The position numbers and the translations under genes were made by a program. A model generated the notes under the pieces. It did no database searches. It had not been told where the DNA came from and saw only the letters and a program-made list of their open reading frames with translations. Of a stretch of 64,000 nucleotides of DNA, positions 50,339 through 63,560 are shown one piece after another. Source of the DNA: Felis catus (Eukaryota); NCBI RefSeq assembly GCF_018350175.1, contig NC_058368.1:182344001-182408000 (forward strand), given 5' to 3'. Position 1 is the stretch's first letter. Each line of letters begins with the position of its first letter.

Positions 50339-50709
50339 TACAGTAATCTTTTAAAATTTAAATATAATTAATGAGAACTCAATTACTTTCTATTGCCCTC
50401 AATATCAAGTCTAAACTCAAGGTCCTTCACAATCTATATTCTCCAGCCTCCTGTCTCCCTTTACTGACCTCAAACACTTCAGCCATTTAATCCAGCTTTT
50501 GATTCTTTCAAAGCATCAGCTCTATTCTAGACTCTATACAAGCTGTTCCCATGTATGGAACTCCCTTCTTCACAGATTTTTACATGGATTATTTCTACTG
50601 ATATTTTAGGTCTAATTAAATATTATTTCACTCAGAAATCTATCAATGGTACTCATTTGGGTTTTTTGGCTCTACTTGGGGCTTCTTACTTTAGCAATGA
50701 CAATTCTAA

Positions 50710-51795
50710 TTTTTTCTTTCTTTTTATGAAGGTATAATTGAAATACAAAATTATAAGATATTTATAATATATCATTTGATTTGATATATGTACATATTGT
50801 GAGAGGATTCCCCCATCTAGCTAAATAATACATCTATCACTGCACATATTTACCTTTTTTTAATGAGCACATTTATGTTCTACTCTCTAAGCAAACTTTA
50901 ATTATGAAATACAGTGTTATCAACTATGGTCACCATGTTTTACATTAATTACATCCTCAGACCATAGTCATCTTACAGCTGAAATTTTATACTCTTCTTC
51001 CAGCCTCTCTCTATTTCCCCCACACCCATCCCCTGACAACCACTTTTCTACTCTGCTTCTATGGGTTTGACAAGTTTTGTTGTTGCTAATTCCATAACTG
51101 ATACCATACAACATTTGTCTTTTTCTGTCTTGCTTATTTCACTTAGCATGATTCCCTCAAGTTCCATGTACGTTGTTGTTCAATGACAGAATTTTATTGT
51201 TTCTTGTGGCTGAATAATATTTCATTGTGTTTTTATGTGTATGCATACAAAACATATATACGTCATACATATAACACAATATATCCATACAGCACATCTT
51301 CTTTATCCATCATCTGTTAATGGTCACTTAGGTTTCTCTGTCTTGGCTATTGTGAAAAATACTTCAATGAACATGGAGTACAGAAGATATCTATTTAAGA
51401 TCCTATTTTCATTCCCTTTGGGCATATACCAAAGAGTGGGATTTCTAGGTCAGAAATATTTTTGTTTTTAATTTTTTGAGGAACCTCCATATAATTTTCC
51501 ATAGTGGCTATGCTAATTTACATTCCCTTCTAAAGTGTACAAGGGTTCCTTTTTCCCCACATCCTCACATTATCTATTATCTTTTTGATGATAGCCATTC
51601 TAACAGGTATGAGGAAATATCTCATTTTGGTTTTGGTTTGCATTTTCCTGATGATTACTGGTGTTGAGCACTTTTTTCATGTTCCTATTGATCAGGTGTA
51701 TGCATTCTTTGAAAAAAAATGCTCAGTTCCTCTGTCCATTTCTAGTAGGATTACTTATTCATTTTGCTACTGAGTTGTATAAATTCTTTATATCA
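50710..51795 (-). mobile_element. Older L1 (L1MA-like) 3' region
   Basis: TTTATGAAGGTATAATTGA...GCTTATTTCACTTAGCATGAT...TTTTTGAGGAACCTCCATA...ATCTCATTTTGGTTTTG. Confidence 0.8.
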
Positions 51796-51959
51796 CCATT
51801 TATTCATTAATTGATGTGTATCTCCACTGTACTAACCATTAACATTGTCTTGCTCCATCACTGTGTTTGCTCTAATTCCCAGAATAATTTCAGAAGCATT
51901 TCAAGTATACAGAAATTAATTGCTAAATAAATGAACAGATGAAATTTTATCTGTTCTTG

Positions 51960-52600
51960 TCCTCACCTGAACAACACAGAATTTCTATCCCCTTGCAAAA
52001 TCATCTTTCCTTCATCCCCACTCAGGTCCTTATGGAGGCCTTACAAGGGTATTTCTCATGCACAAACAAAAAAGTCTATTCCCACTAGCCATTTGCAATA
52101 TTTTATCCGGTACCAAACATCTGACCAAATGCCTGACCAAAACCCCACATCCCTCCCTTGCCACAAGCATCTGCCATTTTATACTAGCATCTCATCCCTA
52201 CCAGTGCCCTGAGGTGATTTCTCCATAATCAGGCAATGACAGAGATGTTATAGAATTACAGTGGTTCCAGAAAACTCTATGTGTCCAGCTCAAGTGAGTA
52301 AAACGCTCATCTCTTCCCAATCTGGGATACGGGTTATCCTAACAACAGCTAAGTAAAATTATATTGTCCTGTATTTCTTGAACATCACTGTATAAACAGT
52401 TCTTTCTGTTTCTGCATAAAACCTTTCTTTTAAAGGGTTCAAATCATTCTTAGGGCCCAAGCTGGGGAAAAAAACTTCATACCATTCTTTTCACTTCCCC
52501 CTTTTTTTTTTTTTTCATCTAAGACTCTAGGCTCCTTGAAGTAAAAACTTCCATTCATAAGCTCCTTATCCTATGTCCTCCCAAACCCCACCCTATGAAA
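51960..52600 (-). mobile_element. Possible ancient Gypsy-like (MamGypLTR-type) LTR
   Basis: Reverse-strand ATGTTCAAGAAATACAGGACA resembles ATGTTCTGGAACGAAATGCAGGACA at 57241 and the recalled MamGypLTR consensus. Confidence 0.3.
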
Positions 52601-55600
52601 ATCAAATCATATATACTGAGGTCTAGGTGACTGCTGACTATTCTAAAACTAAGATCAGACTTAACCAGGAAATTATTTCAACTACTCCTTCACTATAAAT
52701 CTCCAGAACTGTATAATTAGATTAAATGGGATATTATGGATACAATGTTTAGCTTGGGGTTAAGCACAGAACAAGCACTGAATAATTGTTAACTTTTTAC
52801 TGTGAAAGCATATTTTAGATGCAAAATGTTCAAATATTAAGAATGCTGATCATACTCTTCTACTAGTACTCAACTCCATCCAGACCATGTTCTTGAAAAT
52901 ATTTCTCACAATGAGTCATATCTAACATTAATTTGTCATCATTCCATTTTTGTCTATTTCACCTAATTCCCTAAACTTGGAACCAAACATACTTGTTTTC
53001 TTCTTGATGAGAAGCCAATATCAAGCCTAACTAAAAGCTCTATCAGAAAATATTTCTCAAGCTTTTTAATTTTCATTTATTCTTTTCTTATATGTGAAAT
53101 TATATGAAATTATAGATTTTCACCATTCCACCTTGGTCTCCTTTCCTCTAATGGCAAGAAATTGTAGAGAAGTATACTAATTAGTATACCCTAAATAGTA
53201 CTAAGGGTCTCCTTACCATATTTGCCATATAGTATAATTTTTTAAAGTGTTTTGGCCTGTGTTGTTCTTTTATTGAGCTGTTCCCATCTACTCCTTTGAA
53301 AATTTAATTCTTTAATTTCCTTTTATAGAATTTTCCTGAATATTTTGTTGATTACCTTTAGCTCATTATGATCTTTACTTCTCTAAATTATTTTCTTATC
53401 TGGAATACTAAAGAATCTACCATTTGGTTATAAGTTAGATATTAATGCTTCCGCTCCCAATGTATTGACTGTTTGCCTTTTAAACTTTATTATAACTAAA
53501 TCAAAAGAAGTGGCCCTTTTATTTATGGAGGCCCCACCACAAGCTCTATCAGATTGTTAAGCACACTATCTGCTTAATATCTGTGTATTAATATACTGAA
53601 GAACAAAAAAGAAAATGTAGCGATGAACTAAACATGTTCATCTTTATTAAGCAAAGTGATATGCTCTTAAGAAACTACAGTACCTCTTTAGTTCATGCTT
53701 GACTTTTCAGACTTAGATGCAATTTATTTTCTAAAAGTATTTCATATGGCATGCAAGTCAGGAAAAATAATTTCCAAATTTCCCCATGAGTAAATGTAAT
53801 TTTCAGAGAGCTGGCTTGGTCATTAACATCATATTTCTTATCAGATCCAATTTCTGATCACCTTTAAATGCATTTTATTTTAGTTATCATGATGGAAATT
53901 TCCTAAATAATCTAATTTTTTTAGTGAAAATTTTGACTACTGTAACATTTATAATATACGCTCAGAGAATATAGAAACTCAGGCCTAATAAATAAATTGC
54001 GACTTAATAACCAGCTTCTAAAGGCCATTTTGGCTTATTCCAAATCTCTGACACTTTTTAAAATCTAGACATAAAGGCAAGCTCCTGATTTGTTCTAAAA
54101 TGTTTCTGGAGGTGGCAGAATGGCCCTTCAGGGAGGAGGCACTAGGACCTGTCAATCTTCCAGTGGGTCTCAAGAGCCTATTGAGGTACTGGCTTACAGC
54201 TTTGAACATAATGTTTATTATCATGGAGTGTCCTCTAACTGCACTTCAACTCTAATAGTATATAATGCTCAGTCTCCACTGCAAGTCAGTTTACTGATAT
54301 CATACCTTGAACATTTGAATATTTCCATTTGATTGGCTAATAGAAAATGTACAGGAAAGTCAATTTCCAGATAAACCTTGGGTTTTTCCCCAACCCGGGC
54401 AATAATTAAAAGTCATTTGTATCTCATTCATTTATTACACACTCTTTATTCTGTTTATTGACAACAGCAAATTGTTTTTGGTTATTGTTTTGAACATATT
54501 CTGATTATTCACACCACTTCTTTTTCATGGTGACAAAGATCTAATTGTTTTTCCAGAACCTCTGATATTTTGAGACTCCTTATGATAGGCAAGTTCTTAT
54601 GAATAGAAAGATTTAGGACATTTACTTTGGATATATCCATACACTGACCTACAGTAATGGACAACAAGAAAATGAAGTGCAATGTAGAAAAAATACAAAG
54701 TAGTGTTAAGTACTATTTAGGTGCTATTTTAAGAAACACAAAGTATTAACTAACATGCAGTTGTGTGCTTATTATTAAGTATGCGTATTTGTATGTGTGT
54801 ATAGATGCATATGTCTGTGTGTATATAGTTTTTTCTTAACATGTGATTTGAATTTCTCAGTTCATCCTTTATCTCAGAATAGGAACCAAACATCCTTATT
54901 ACATTATACTTTAATAAGCATTACCCTACTTAGGGTTAAAACTTTGGCCTCTATTTCTGGAATTCTGTGAAGAAATATTGCTTTGAGAATACTATTCATA
55001 GGGGTTCTAAGTGTTTAGAATGCCTTCCTGATTGACTAAGTCAGTGACACACAAAATTTGACCAGACATCAAAAAGTTACACGGATGACAAAAGACATTT
55101 AGACTGAAATCCCAATGCTGCCACCAGTCTTAATAGTCCCTATATCTATGGCAAGAGTTTTCTGCTAGCTTAGATGTTGGGTTTTGCCATTTTTAGGGCT
55201 CTTCTCTTACACCTAAGTCTAACAGGCATAATATGTTTTAGAGTGAAGAGACTGTGATAGGTCTTGGAATATGTGTGCTGACATGAAATGTGAAGACTAG
55301 TAGGAACTTAAATGATTCAAAGCATGTTTATTTTTATTTAATAGAGCCTAGAAGCATTCTTACAGTTTTATAATCCACCCTTCAGATTGGGTGTATTTGT
55401 GGAAAATAAGTGGTGACTTTTCCCATATCTGTCCCTGTGATACTGTGATGTGCAATGCCAAGTCTCCAGGATGTCCTAGACAAGAAACCAGTGTCTGCTT
55501 CCTTAGTGTGTTTTCTCTGCATTGCTGCACAGAAACAGACTCCCTTTTCAATCCCTTACCTCTTATATGCCAAGCCTGTTCCTGTTAATCTCTCTTCTTG

Positions 55601-55837
55601 GTCTTTTTGCCTCCCCACTTATGACTCTCAATCCTGACCCCAGGTCTGGATGCTACTTTGTGGTTTTCAGATTCAGGTAAAGTAGGATGAGAAATGGATG
55701 CTAAATAAATGACTCACAAAGGATGAATGTCATTCCATTATTCACTCTTGCAATTCTTCTTTATACCTTTCTAGTGGTAGGATTATTATTATTATTTTCA
55801 AGAATCAGCCAGTAATTTACTATTTTATGGTCAGCCT

Positions 55838-56743
55838 TTTCTTTTCTTTGAATTTAAATTCAAGTTAGTTAACATATAGTGTAGTATTGGTTTCAGGAGT
55901 AGAATCCAGTGATTCCTCAGTTCCGTATAACACCCAGTGCTCATCCCAACAAGTCCCCTCCTAGATGCCCATCACCCATTTAGCCTATCGCTCTCCCAAC
56001 TCCCCTCCAGCAACCTTTCATCTGCTCTCTGTATTTAAGAATCTCTTATGGTTGCTTTCCTAACACTTTCGCACTATTGGTGGGAATGCAAACTGGTGCA
56101 GCCCCTCTGGAGAACACTATAGAGGTGCAAAAAATAAAAAATAGGGGAGCATGGATGGTTCAGTATGTTAAGTGTCTGACCTCAGCCCTGGTCATGATCT
56201 TATGGTTCATAGGTTCGAGTCACGCATTGGACTCTGTGCTGACAGCTCAGAGCCTAGAGCCTGCTTCAGATTCTATGTCTCCCTTTTTCTTTGCCCTTCC
56301 CTTGTTCGTGCTCTGTCTCTCAAAACTAAAAAAAATAAACATTAAAAAATTAAAAAAAAAAGAACTACCCTATGACCCAGCAACTACACTACTAGGCAAT
56401 TTATCCAAAGGATGCAAAAATGCTGATTTGAAGGGGCACATGTACCCCAACATTTATAGCAGTGCTATAGAGAATAACCAAATTGTGGAAAGAGCCCAAA
56501 TGTCCATCGACTGATGAATGGATAAAGAAGATGTGGTATATGTATACAATGGAATATTACCCAGTAATCAAAATGAATGAAATCTTACCATTTGCAACAA
56601 CGTGGATGGAACTAGAGTGTATTATGCTAAGCAGAAGAAGTCAGTCAGAGAAAGAAAAATGCCATATGATTTTGTTCATATGTGGAGTTGAAGAAACACA
56701 ACAGATGAACATAGGGAATGGAAGGAAAAATAAGATAAAAACA
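55838..56743 (-). mobile_element. 5'-inverted (twin-primed) carnivore L1
   Basis: 3'UTR on - strand (55838-56061) joined to the upstream ORF2-end/3'UTR segment on + strand (56062-56743). Confidence 0.88.
56144..56360 (+). mobile_element. Can-SINE nested in the inverted L1 segment
   Basis: Splits L1 AAAAATA|GAACTACCCTATGACCC. Confidence 0.9.
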
Positions 56744-56840
56744 GGATTTATTTTTAAAACTTTATAGCACAAGATAATATTTGATATGTATATTTTCTCT
56801 GATTTCATGTGGCCATTTTCCCATGTTGTCAGCTCTATAT

Positions 56841-56843
<3 letters not shown>

Positions 56844-56895
<52 letters not shown>

Positions 56896-57104
56896 TTTTT
56901 TCAACGTTTATTTATTTTGGGGACAGAGAGAGACAGAGCATGAACGGGGGAGGGGCAGAGAGAGAGGGAGACACAGAATCGGAAACAGGCTCCAGGCTCT
57001 GAGCCATCAGCCCAGAGCCCGACGCGGGGCTCGAACTCATGGACCGCGAGATTGTGACCTGGCTGAAGTCCGACGCTCAACCGACTGCGCCACCCAGGCG
57101 CCCC
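56844..57104 (-). mobile_element. Young Can-SINE with (TTTA)n tail
   Basis: Perfect TSD TCAGCTCTATATTTA at 56829-56843 and 57106-57120. Confidence 0.96.
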
Positions 57105-57149
57105 ATCAGCTCTATATTTAAACATTACTTGTTTAACTAACAGAACTAC

Positions 57150-57960
57150 CTCAGGAAGGCCATCTTCCACCTCAGAGAGTGAGATGAAAGCTAAGAGGCA
57201 ATTCTTGTCCTTTGAGTTTCAAGTCCTAGACCTTAGTTTCATGTTCTGGAACGAAATGCAGGACATAAGCAATACATTCAAGACACTACCTAAAATGAAA
57301 CAGTGACCTATATTTCTCAAAAGTAGGAGGAAATGGAGAGAAGCAGAGGATGCTAAGAGTAAATGGATATGGGTCCCTGAGAAAGCGGGCTTGCTCCCTG
57401 CTCTATAGACCAAGCTCCAAATTGAGGAGGGATGAAAATAATATCCTTGAGAAGTCTGTGGGATCTGCTACTAAAGGAAACCTGTGCTTTAGAACCCAAA
57501 CAGAGTTAATGAGATGCCAGAAATTATAAGGCAGGAGACGATGTTGAGATAAAGGGGGTCTGAAAGAGGTTCCCTCACTTCCTCTGTGCCAGTGTAGTAG
57601 AAGACCAGCATTAATATGACTATGAAGGATCTAACCCGGAAAATCTGTGAAGTCAGAACTGAAAGCTGACTCAGCATGGAGAATTGATGTGTAAGCTGGA
57701 TGAGTGACAGACATATAGCAATAGTTGAAGTGGTAAGTCCTTGCTCATAGTACCAAAAAGTCCCTCCACCATCACCGAAACTCCAGACAACTCACATACC
57801 TACATAAATATCCAGGTATTTATATCTAGACCATGGTGGGGGGGAGGTGGAAGAAAATCAAGAGTCAACTCAGTTTAAAAGTACATAAGAGCCCATATTA
57901 GAAGTTAAGCTAGGTTCTCAAAAATTAAGTAATATTTGTCACCTATCTGAGGAGTTAGGT
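57150..57960 (+). mobile_element. Possible ancient MamGypLTR-type LTR
   Basis: Weak recalled similarity only. Confidence 0.3.
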
Positions 57961-58109
57961 TGGAGTCCTTATCGGCTACATATACAAGAAAATATTTTTT
58001 CAAATATCACATTTCTGTAGAATGCAGTGTCCTTATATAGATGATATTTACACATGAAAAATAAAATAAAAGAATAAAAACCCATAAAATTAATTATTGG
58101 CTAGCTGTC

Positions 58110-58290
58110 ATGCGTGTGCTAGGTAGTTCACAAATACTTTGTGTTTCCATAAACACAGTATAATAAATAATATTACCCCATTTCACAGAATAGAAAACAA
58201 AGGCAGAGGGAAGTCAACTCACTTCTCAGGGTGATTAAAAAATGACCAAGGCAGAATTTAGTGCTATGCTCATGTACATTCAAACCTTCT
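58110..58290 (-). mobile_element. MIR fossil
   Basis: TATTACCCCATTTCACAGAATAGAAAACAAAGGCAGAGGGAAGTCAACTCACTT. Confidence 0.7.
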
Positions 58291-61200
58291 TTCATGTTTC
58301 CCACTTAACAAAGAAAGGTTAATTGAAATTACTAGATAATGGAAGAAAAAACAACACTAGATTTTTCTCCTGAATTATGAAGAAAATAACCTACATTTCT
58401 CACTTAACTTTATATATGAACATAAAATATATTGATATCTAAATTTAAAAAATATTTCTCCATTATCATATTAAGAAACCCATTAAGCATACCATTAAAT
58501 CTTGCCTATGAAAACCGACCACAAATTTTTCACTCTAAATATATTTAATAAGATTAAATAATGACCAGAACAGTTAAAAAAAAAAACTACCTAGCCAGAA
58601 ATCAATTACAGACATGGTTCATTATGTACACCTTGATTATTATGAAAGTGTTATAAGAGACAAATAGAACACAAAGAGGGATATGAAAATGAGAATTTAA
58701 TTATTTTGACTTTATTTTACTACTGCATTATAAATACAAAGTGTTTGTAAAGCGCTATCTGATCATTAGCATGAAGGCGATATATATTTTCTCCAGAGCT
58801 GATAAATTCTAGTTAATAATTAATAAAATAACTGAAAATAATGAAGGAGCTGGAAATCTCAGAAACCATTGACACTTTGAAAATCTTGTTTACCAGAAAT
58901 AGCACTAGATCTAATGAAAACAAATTTGTTATTTACATAATCCAGAAGTGACGTATAACAACATGCAATTGTGAGTCAAGTAAGAAAAATTGTTACTTTA
59001 ATCCAAAACATTCCACAAATCAATCAACACAACAAATTATCAGTGTGATAATATATTCAACACATTTGACATTTACATTAATTGGAGGTAATGAAGAAAA
59101 TATTTTTTGTTGTTTGTTGGATGAAGTTAAATGGGCTGGAAATACATATGAATAAAACATCATTATTACTCTCACTGTACACCTGTTCAAATTTCTATTG
59201 ACAATTTGATATTTTTATTAGAACCCACACGGAAAGGCGACAAGCACAAACAACAATTTTTTACACTCACAGGATAAAAGTAAACAAGCAGTGTTTTGTG
59301 CCCAGCTCTCTTAAACCACGGCACTATGACAAGTGCTTAACTAGCCCCCGAACACTGCCACTTAGTCATGACTTCTGGTTTTATAAATTATTTACAGTTT
59401 GCTAGGTATGAGGCTGGTGGAAAATGCCTTTCTTAGCTGCTTGATTGACAGTATAATTATACTGTGTTTTTGTTTTAAGCACTGTTATGCAGAATCATAA
59501 TGCCATAAAAAGTAAATAGGAATTTTATGAGCTTTTAACTTTGACAAGGTCATGCTGAAGCGTACCAAAGAGATGTCATGAAAAGCCATAGCCGTTATTA
59601 GCTGTGTCCTGTAAGTGCCACTGCACCTCAAAGCTCCGTTTGGGTTATAACATGTATTCACTATTCTCTACCTCAGCACAGGAAGTAAGGGGGTGATGGA
59701 AACCACACAAGCAGTGGGCACATTTAGTCTTTTAAAGTTTCCTTCACTTTTCTTCTTAAGTGCAGCCTGGTTAACGAGCTGAATTTTTAAAGATAATAAA
59801 ATGATATACAAAGCTATATGAATAGTTTTGTGTTTTATCTTATTTTCGGTCATGTCTTATAATATATAGGAGGGCTTATTCTCTTTTTCTCCTACCTCTC
59901 GCCTTTGATATTTTTCTCCTTTTAATATTTAAGCATGCTAACCAAGACAGAGGTGGTGATGGCGGTAATGGTGAATGGTATTAATCATTGTTATAAAGTG
60001 AGTGTCGCTGGGGCTATGGCTATCAGCCTTGAGTTCTCATGTGGTACCCCAATTTTGCCTCAGAATAAATGCCTCCTTTTAAAAACTGCACTGGGATCTT
60101 TAGAATAAATAGAACAGATGGGGTTTTAAGGTCTTTCCCACAAGGCCTGTGTTCCATGCCAAACTCAATTTATCTAACTTGGCAGAAAGAGAGTGCAGCA
60201 CCAACCCATTTGGGATTTGAACCCTTGGTTCTAGCTGATTGTTGATCCAAAAGTTGTTCTTCATGTAGAATGGGGACTGAAGTTTAGCTTGGAGGAGGTC
60301 TTTTATAAAATTATCTACTTTTTCTCAGCAATTTTGGCTTTGATCTTGTTGTCTTTAACCTCCTAATATTGTGACATGTCCCAAGTCTTCAGAATCAGTT
60401 CCCTTTTTCATTGCTCTAACAGAATAAATACATTAGTATTTGTCTTGTGCATCCTGTTCCAGCTTTGGTGCTCCGACAACATATTTTTTTTTTCATTTCT
60501 CTCAAGTCATTTATTCTTTGTGCTCAGTCTCCATGACTGCTATAAGAAAATGAGAAAGGAGCACCGCATGATGATGGTGGCATTGGCAGGGCACAAATGT
60601 CACTTCAGACTTTCTTGTCAACCCTTATTCCAAATGCTGCCCATCTTGGCTGAGAATGAGTGATTGCTCAGCAGTGATTCCTTTGATCCATCATCTAGGA
60701 GTAAATTGTTCTGAATAATGACCTATTCCATCTTTCCTACTTGGAATATATAAGATGCCTAGAAAAATACTATTTCAACTCAGTTGTTTATCATAAATGC
60801 AAGGTGGAAGTCTTAGCGTCTTGGGCCCCTTAAATGTGAAACATGCTTATGATTCAGATTTAAGCTTCTGACAATTATCTGGGTCCATTTGCTTTCAAAA
60901 TTCTGCTGGAAAGTGAAGTTGTAGAGTAATTGCTATGGAAATTGCATGAGCAATCATTATATATATGTTTGTGTTGTGTAGGGACAGAGTAGGTGAGGGG
61001 AGAATTTCCATTTTTCCATATTTCAGTTTGAAAACAGAAACAGAAATTTTTTTTTGTGGTGCAGCAGCTTAAGACACAGTATAATAATCTGATTGCTTTA
61101 GTTGTAAAACTGAATTTTCCCCTCCTCATATGCTTGAGTGGACTGATTTAAGTTCTTTATCTCTGCAGCAGAAAGAAGAGGAGACAAATTAATATCTTCT

Positions 61201-62514
61201 CTCATGTGGTACTACCAGGAGTATTCAAGTCTCATCTGGTATTACTAACTTATCTGGGAAAATGTTTACAAAGGAATCCCTTGGATACAGTGCCAAACTC
61301 CTACAGAAAGATAAAAGGTTTCTAGCTTTGTGATTTTACCTGTCCCAAGAGCTATGGTGTCAGTTTTTAGACATCTCCCTTGATACCAGGGCAGGTTCAA
61401 CTCTCTTGCTTTGTATAAAATATTATGTACGTACACACACACACACACACACATCGTTATATGTCATTATATGTATTGTATGTATCTTGTGGTTGGACAT
61501 AAGTATATATAATTCACACTTGCTGATGTTGTATTATATAAGACGGATTATTTTTAAAGTTTCTAATGTTATCGTTTCTGAAAAGTTGTCAATTATTCAA
61601 AATGTACCTATAGTGTAAAAATATGTTCCAAAATCTCTGATTTTCAAGGAGAGGGACATCTCTAAAATAATAATCTTCATTCCTCTCTTGTATCTAAAGA
61701 GAGCATATACATTTATCCTGTAGAATACTACACATCACTTAAATTACTTACTTTTCTCCTAGTGAATAAATGTGTACAGGAAAATTCTGTCAACGAAGTA
61801 TTATCAAATATTTTAAGTATATATTGAATGTGGGAAATGTAGTATTTAGTTCACACCTGGACAAATCAGTACATTTTTTAGGTCAGGATCATAAGTCAGT
61901 TTTTTCTACATACTTTTATTATTATTTTTTAAATTATTAAGTTAACTTAAAGCTCTTTAGTCAAAAAAAATCAGTCATTTTTTGGTTAACTGATTCAATC
62001 TTCAGTAAATGTAACAAAGATTATAAAGAGCAATTCATAAGTCACTTTGACAAGAGTTAAGTACTCACCATCTGCATTTTAGGTTTTATCTCTAAGTTCC
62101 CTTGGTACATTCCCTTCCCAGCGGGTTTTGACTAATTCAAATTTGTTTTCAAGAAAGAAAATAAAATCACTGGGACTGCATATACTGCAATGTCATCAAA
62201 CTCTTCCATGTCAAGTATATTCCATACATTCTATATAAATATATCTTTAGTGTGAAAACCGGAATACCCTCACTTAACAAGATTGTTAATTTAATTAACA
62301 TATACCTACTGAACACTTACTTTGCCAGATCTCTATATGAATACCATAGAGAAAGATAAGTATGATTCCTCCCTCATGAAGTTTTAATAATGTACCACAA
62401 ATAACAATGAGCATTTCAAACTTCTAATGAAACATACTTCAATATCTTCCATAAAATTCTGATGTTATATAGTAACAGAGATGCTCAGACTTTTAAAAAT
62501 ACATTTCAAAATCA

Positions 62515-62662
62515 ACTAGTGTTCTCTGAGAAATACAGAAGCCTGGGTCTCTAATCCAGAGCTTCTGATTAGGGTAGTTCTGGGGCAAATCCTGAGCATC
62601 TACACTTTTAATAAGCCCTCCAGGTAATCTTTATATAAAACAGAGTTTGCAAATTAGTGGTC
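62515..62662. mobile_element. MER5-like hAT fragment
   Basis: TTCTGATTAGGGTAGTTCTGGGGC...TTTTAATAAGCCCTCCAGGTAATCT. Confidence 0.6.
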
Positions 62663-62884
62663 CAAAAAGCAATTTTTAATCTTATTTTTTTTGTTTGTTT
62701 TGATACCATATATGTTAAGAAGGTCAATGTATCATGTAAATATTAAACATAATATGTAAATTAGTGAATTAATAAAGAGGATGATAAAATATTTGACTAA
62801 AAGCCTACAGTCTGGGAGTGTAGTTAATTTTCTGATTATTATAGTCTCTTATTGGCACTCAATATTTTTTTAACAGTTATTATC

Positions 62885-63560
62885 ATTATCTTAGCTTTTA
62901 GATGGTATATCAGAGATGTTTTTAGAAAAGAATTTATTAGCTCATATGCTTGAGAAGTTACATGGTAGTAATATTGACTTCAGGTATAGTTCAATCTAGA
63001 GGTTTATATTATCTCTTCATGTGCTAACTCTATGTTCAGATTCATTTTCAATTCCATCAGCCATCTCTGTACCAGTTTCACGTTATGTTCTTAAACTATA
63101 TCACACAGAAAAGGACTTCCTTTTACCTTCCGAATTAACTAAAATTTCTGTTATTTCACTCTAATAAAATTAATGTAGGTAATATTCCCATTTTATTTTA
63201 TTTTTTTAAATTTTTTTAATGTTTATTTATTTTTGACAGAGAGACAGAGCATGAGCAGGGGAGGGGCAGAGAGAGAAGGAGACAGAGTCTGAAGCAGGCG
63301 CCAGGCTCTGAGCTGTCAGCACAGAGCCCAACGTGGGGCTCGAACTCACGGAGTGTGAGATCATGCCCTAAGCTGGAGTCAGACGCTCAACCGACTGAGC
63401 CACCCAGGTGTCCCGATAATATACCCATTTTAAAACCAATGTCTGAGAAAGAGAGATGAGGCTGTACTGACCAACTTATACCAATCAGGGTCCATATGGA
63501 GCCAGAGTTGTGGCCCAGTACACTACAAACCAAGGCTGTACACAATAGAGCAGTGATACA
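62885..63560. mobile_element. Ancient MLT1-like LTR split by a SINE
   Basis: AAAAGAATTTATTAGCTCATAT...GACTTCAGGTATAG...AACCAATGTCTGAG. Confidence 0.45.
63193..63414 (-). mobile_element. Can-SINE
   Basis: TSD TAATAT(T/A)CCCATTTTA. Confidence 0.93.

Noticed and set aside
53172..53189. 18-bp palindrome GTATACTAATTAGTATAC
   Set aside because: Isolated and AT-rich, with no supporting context
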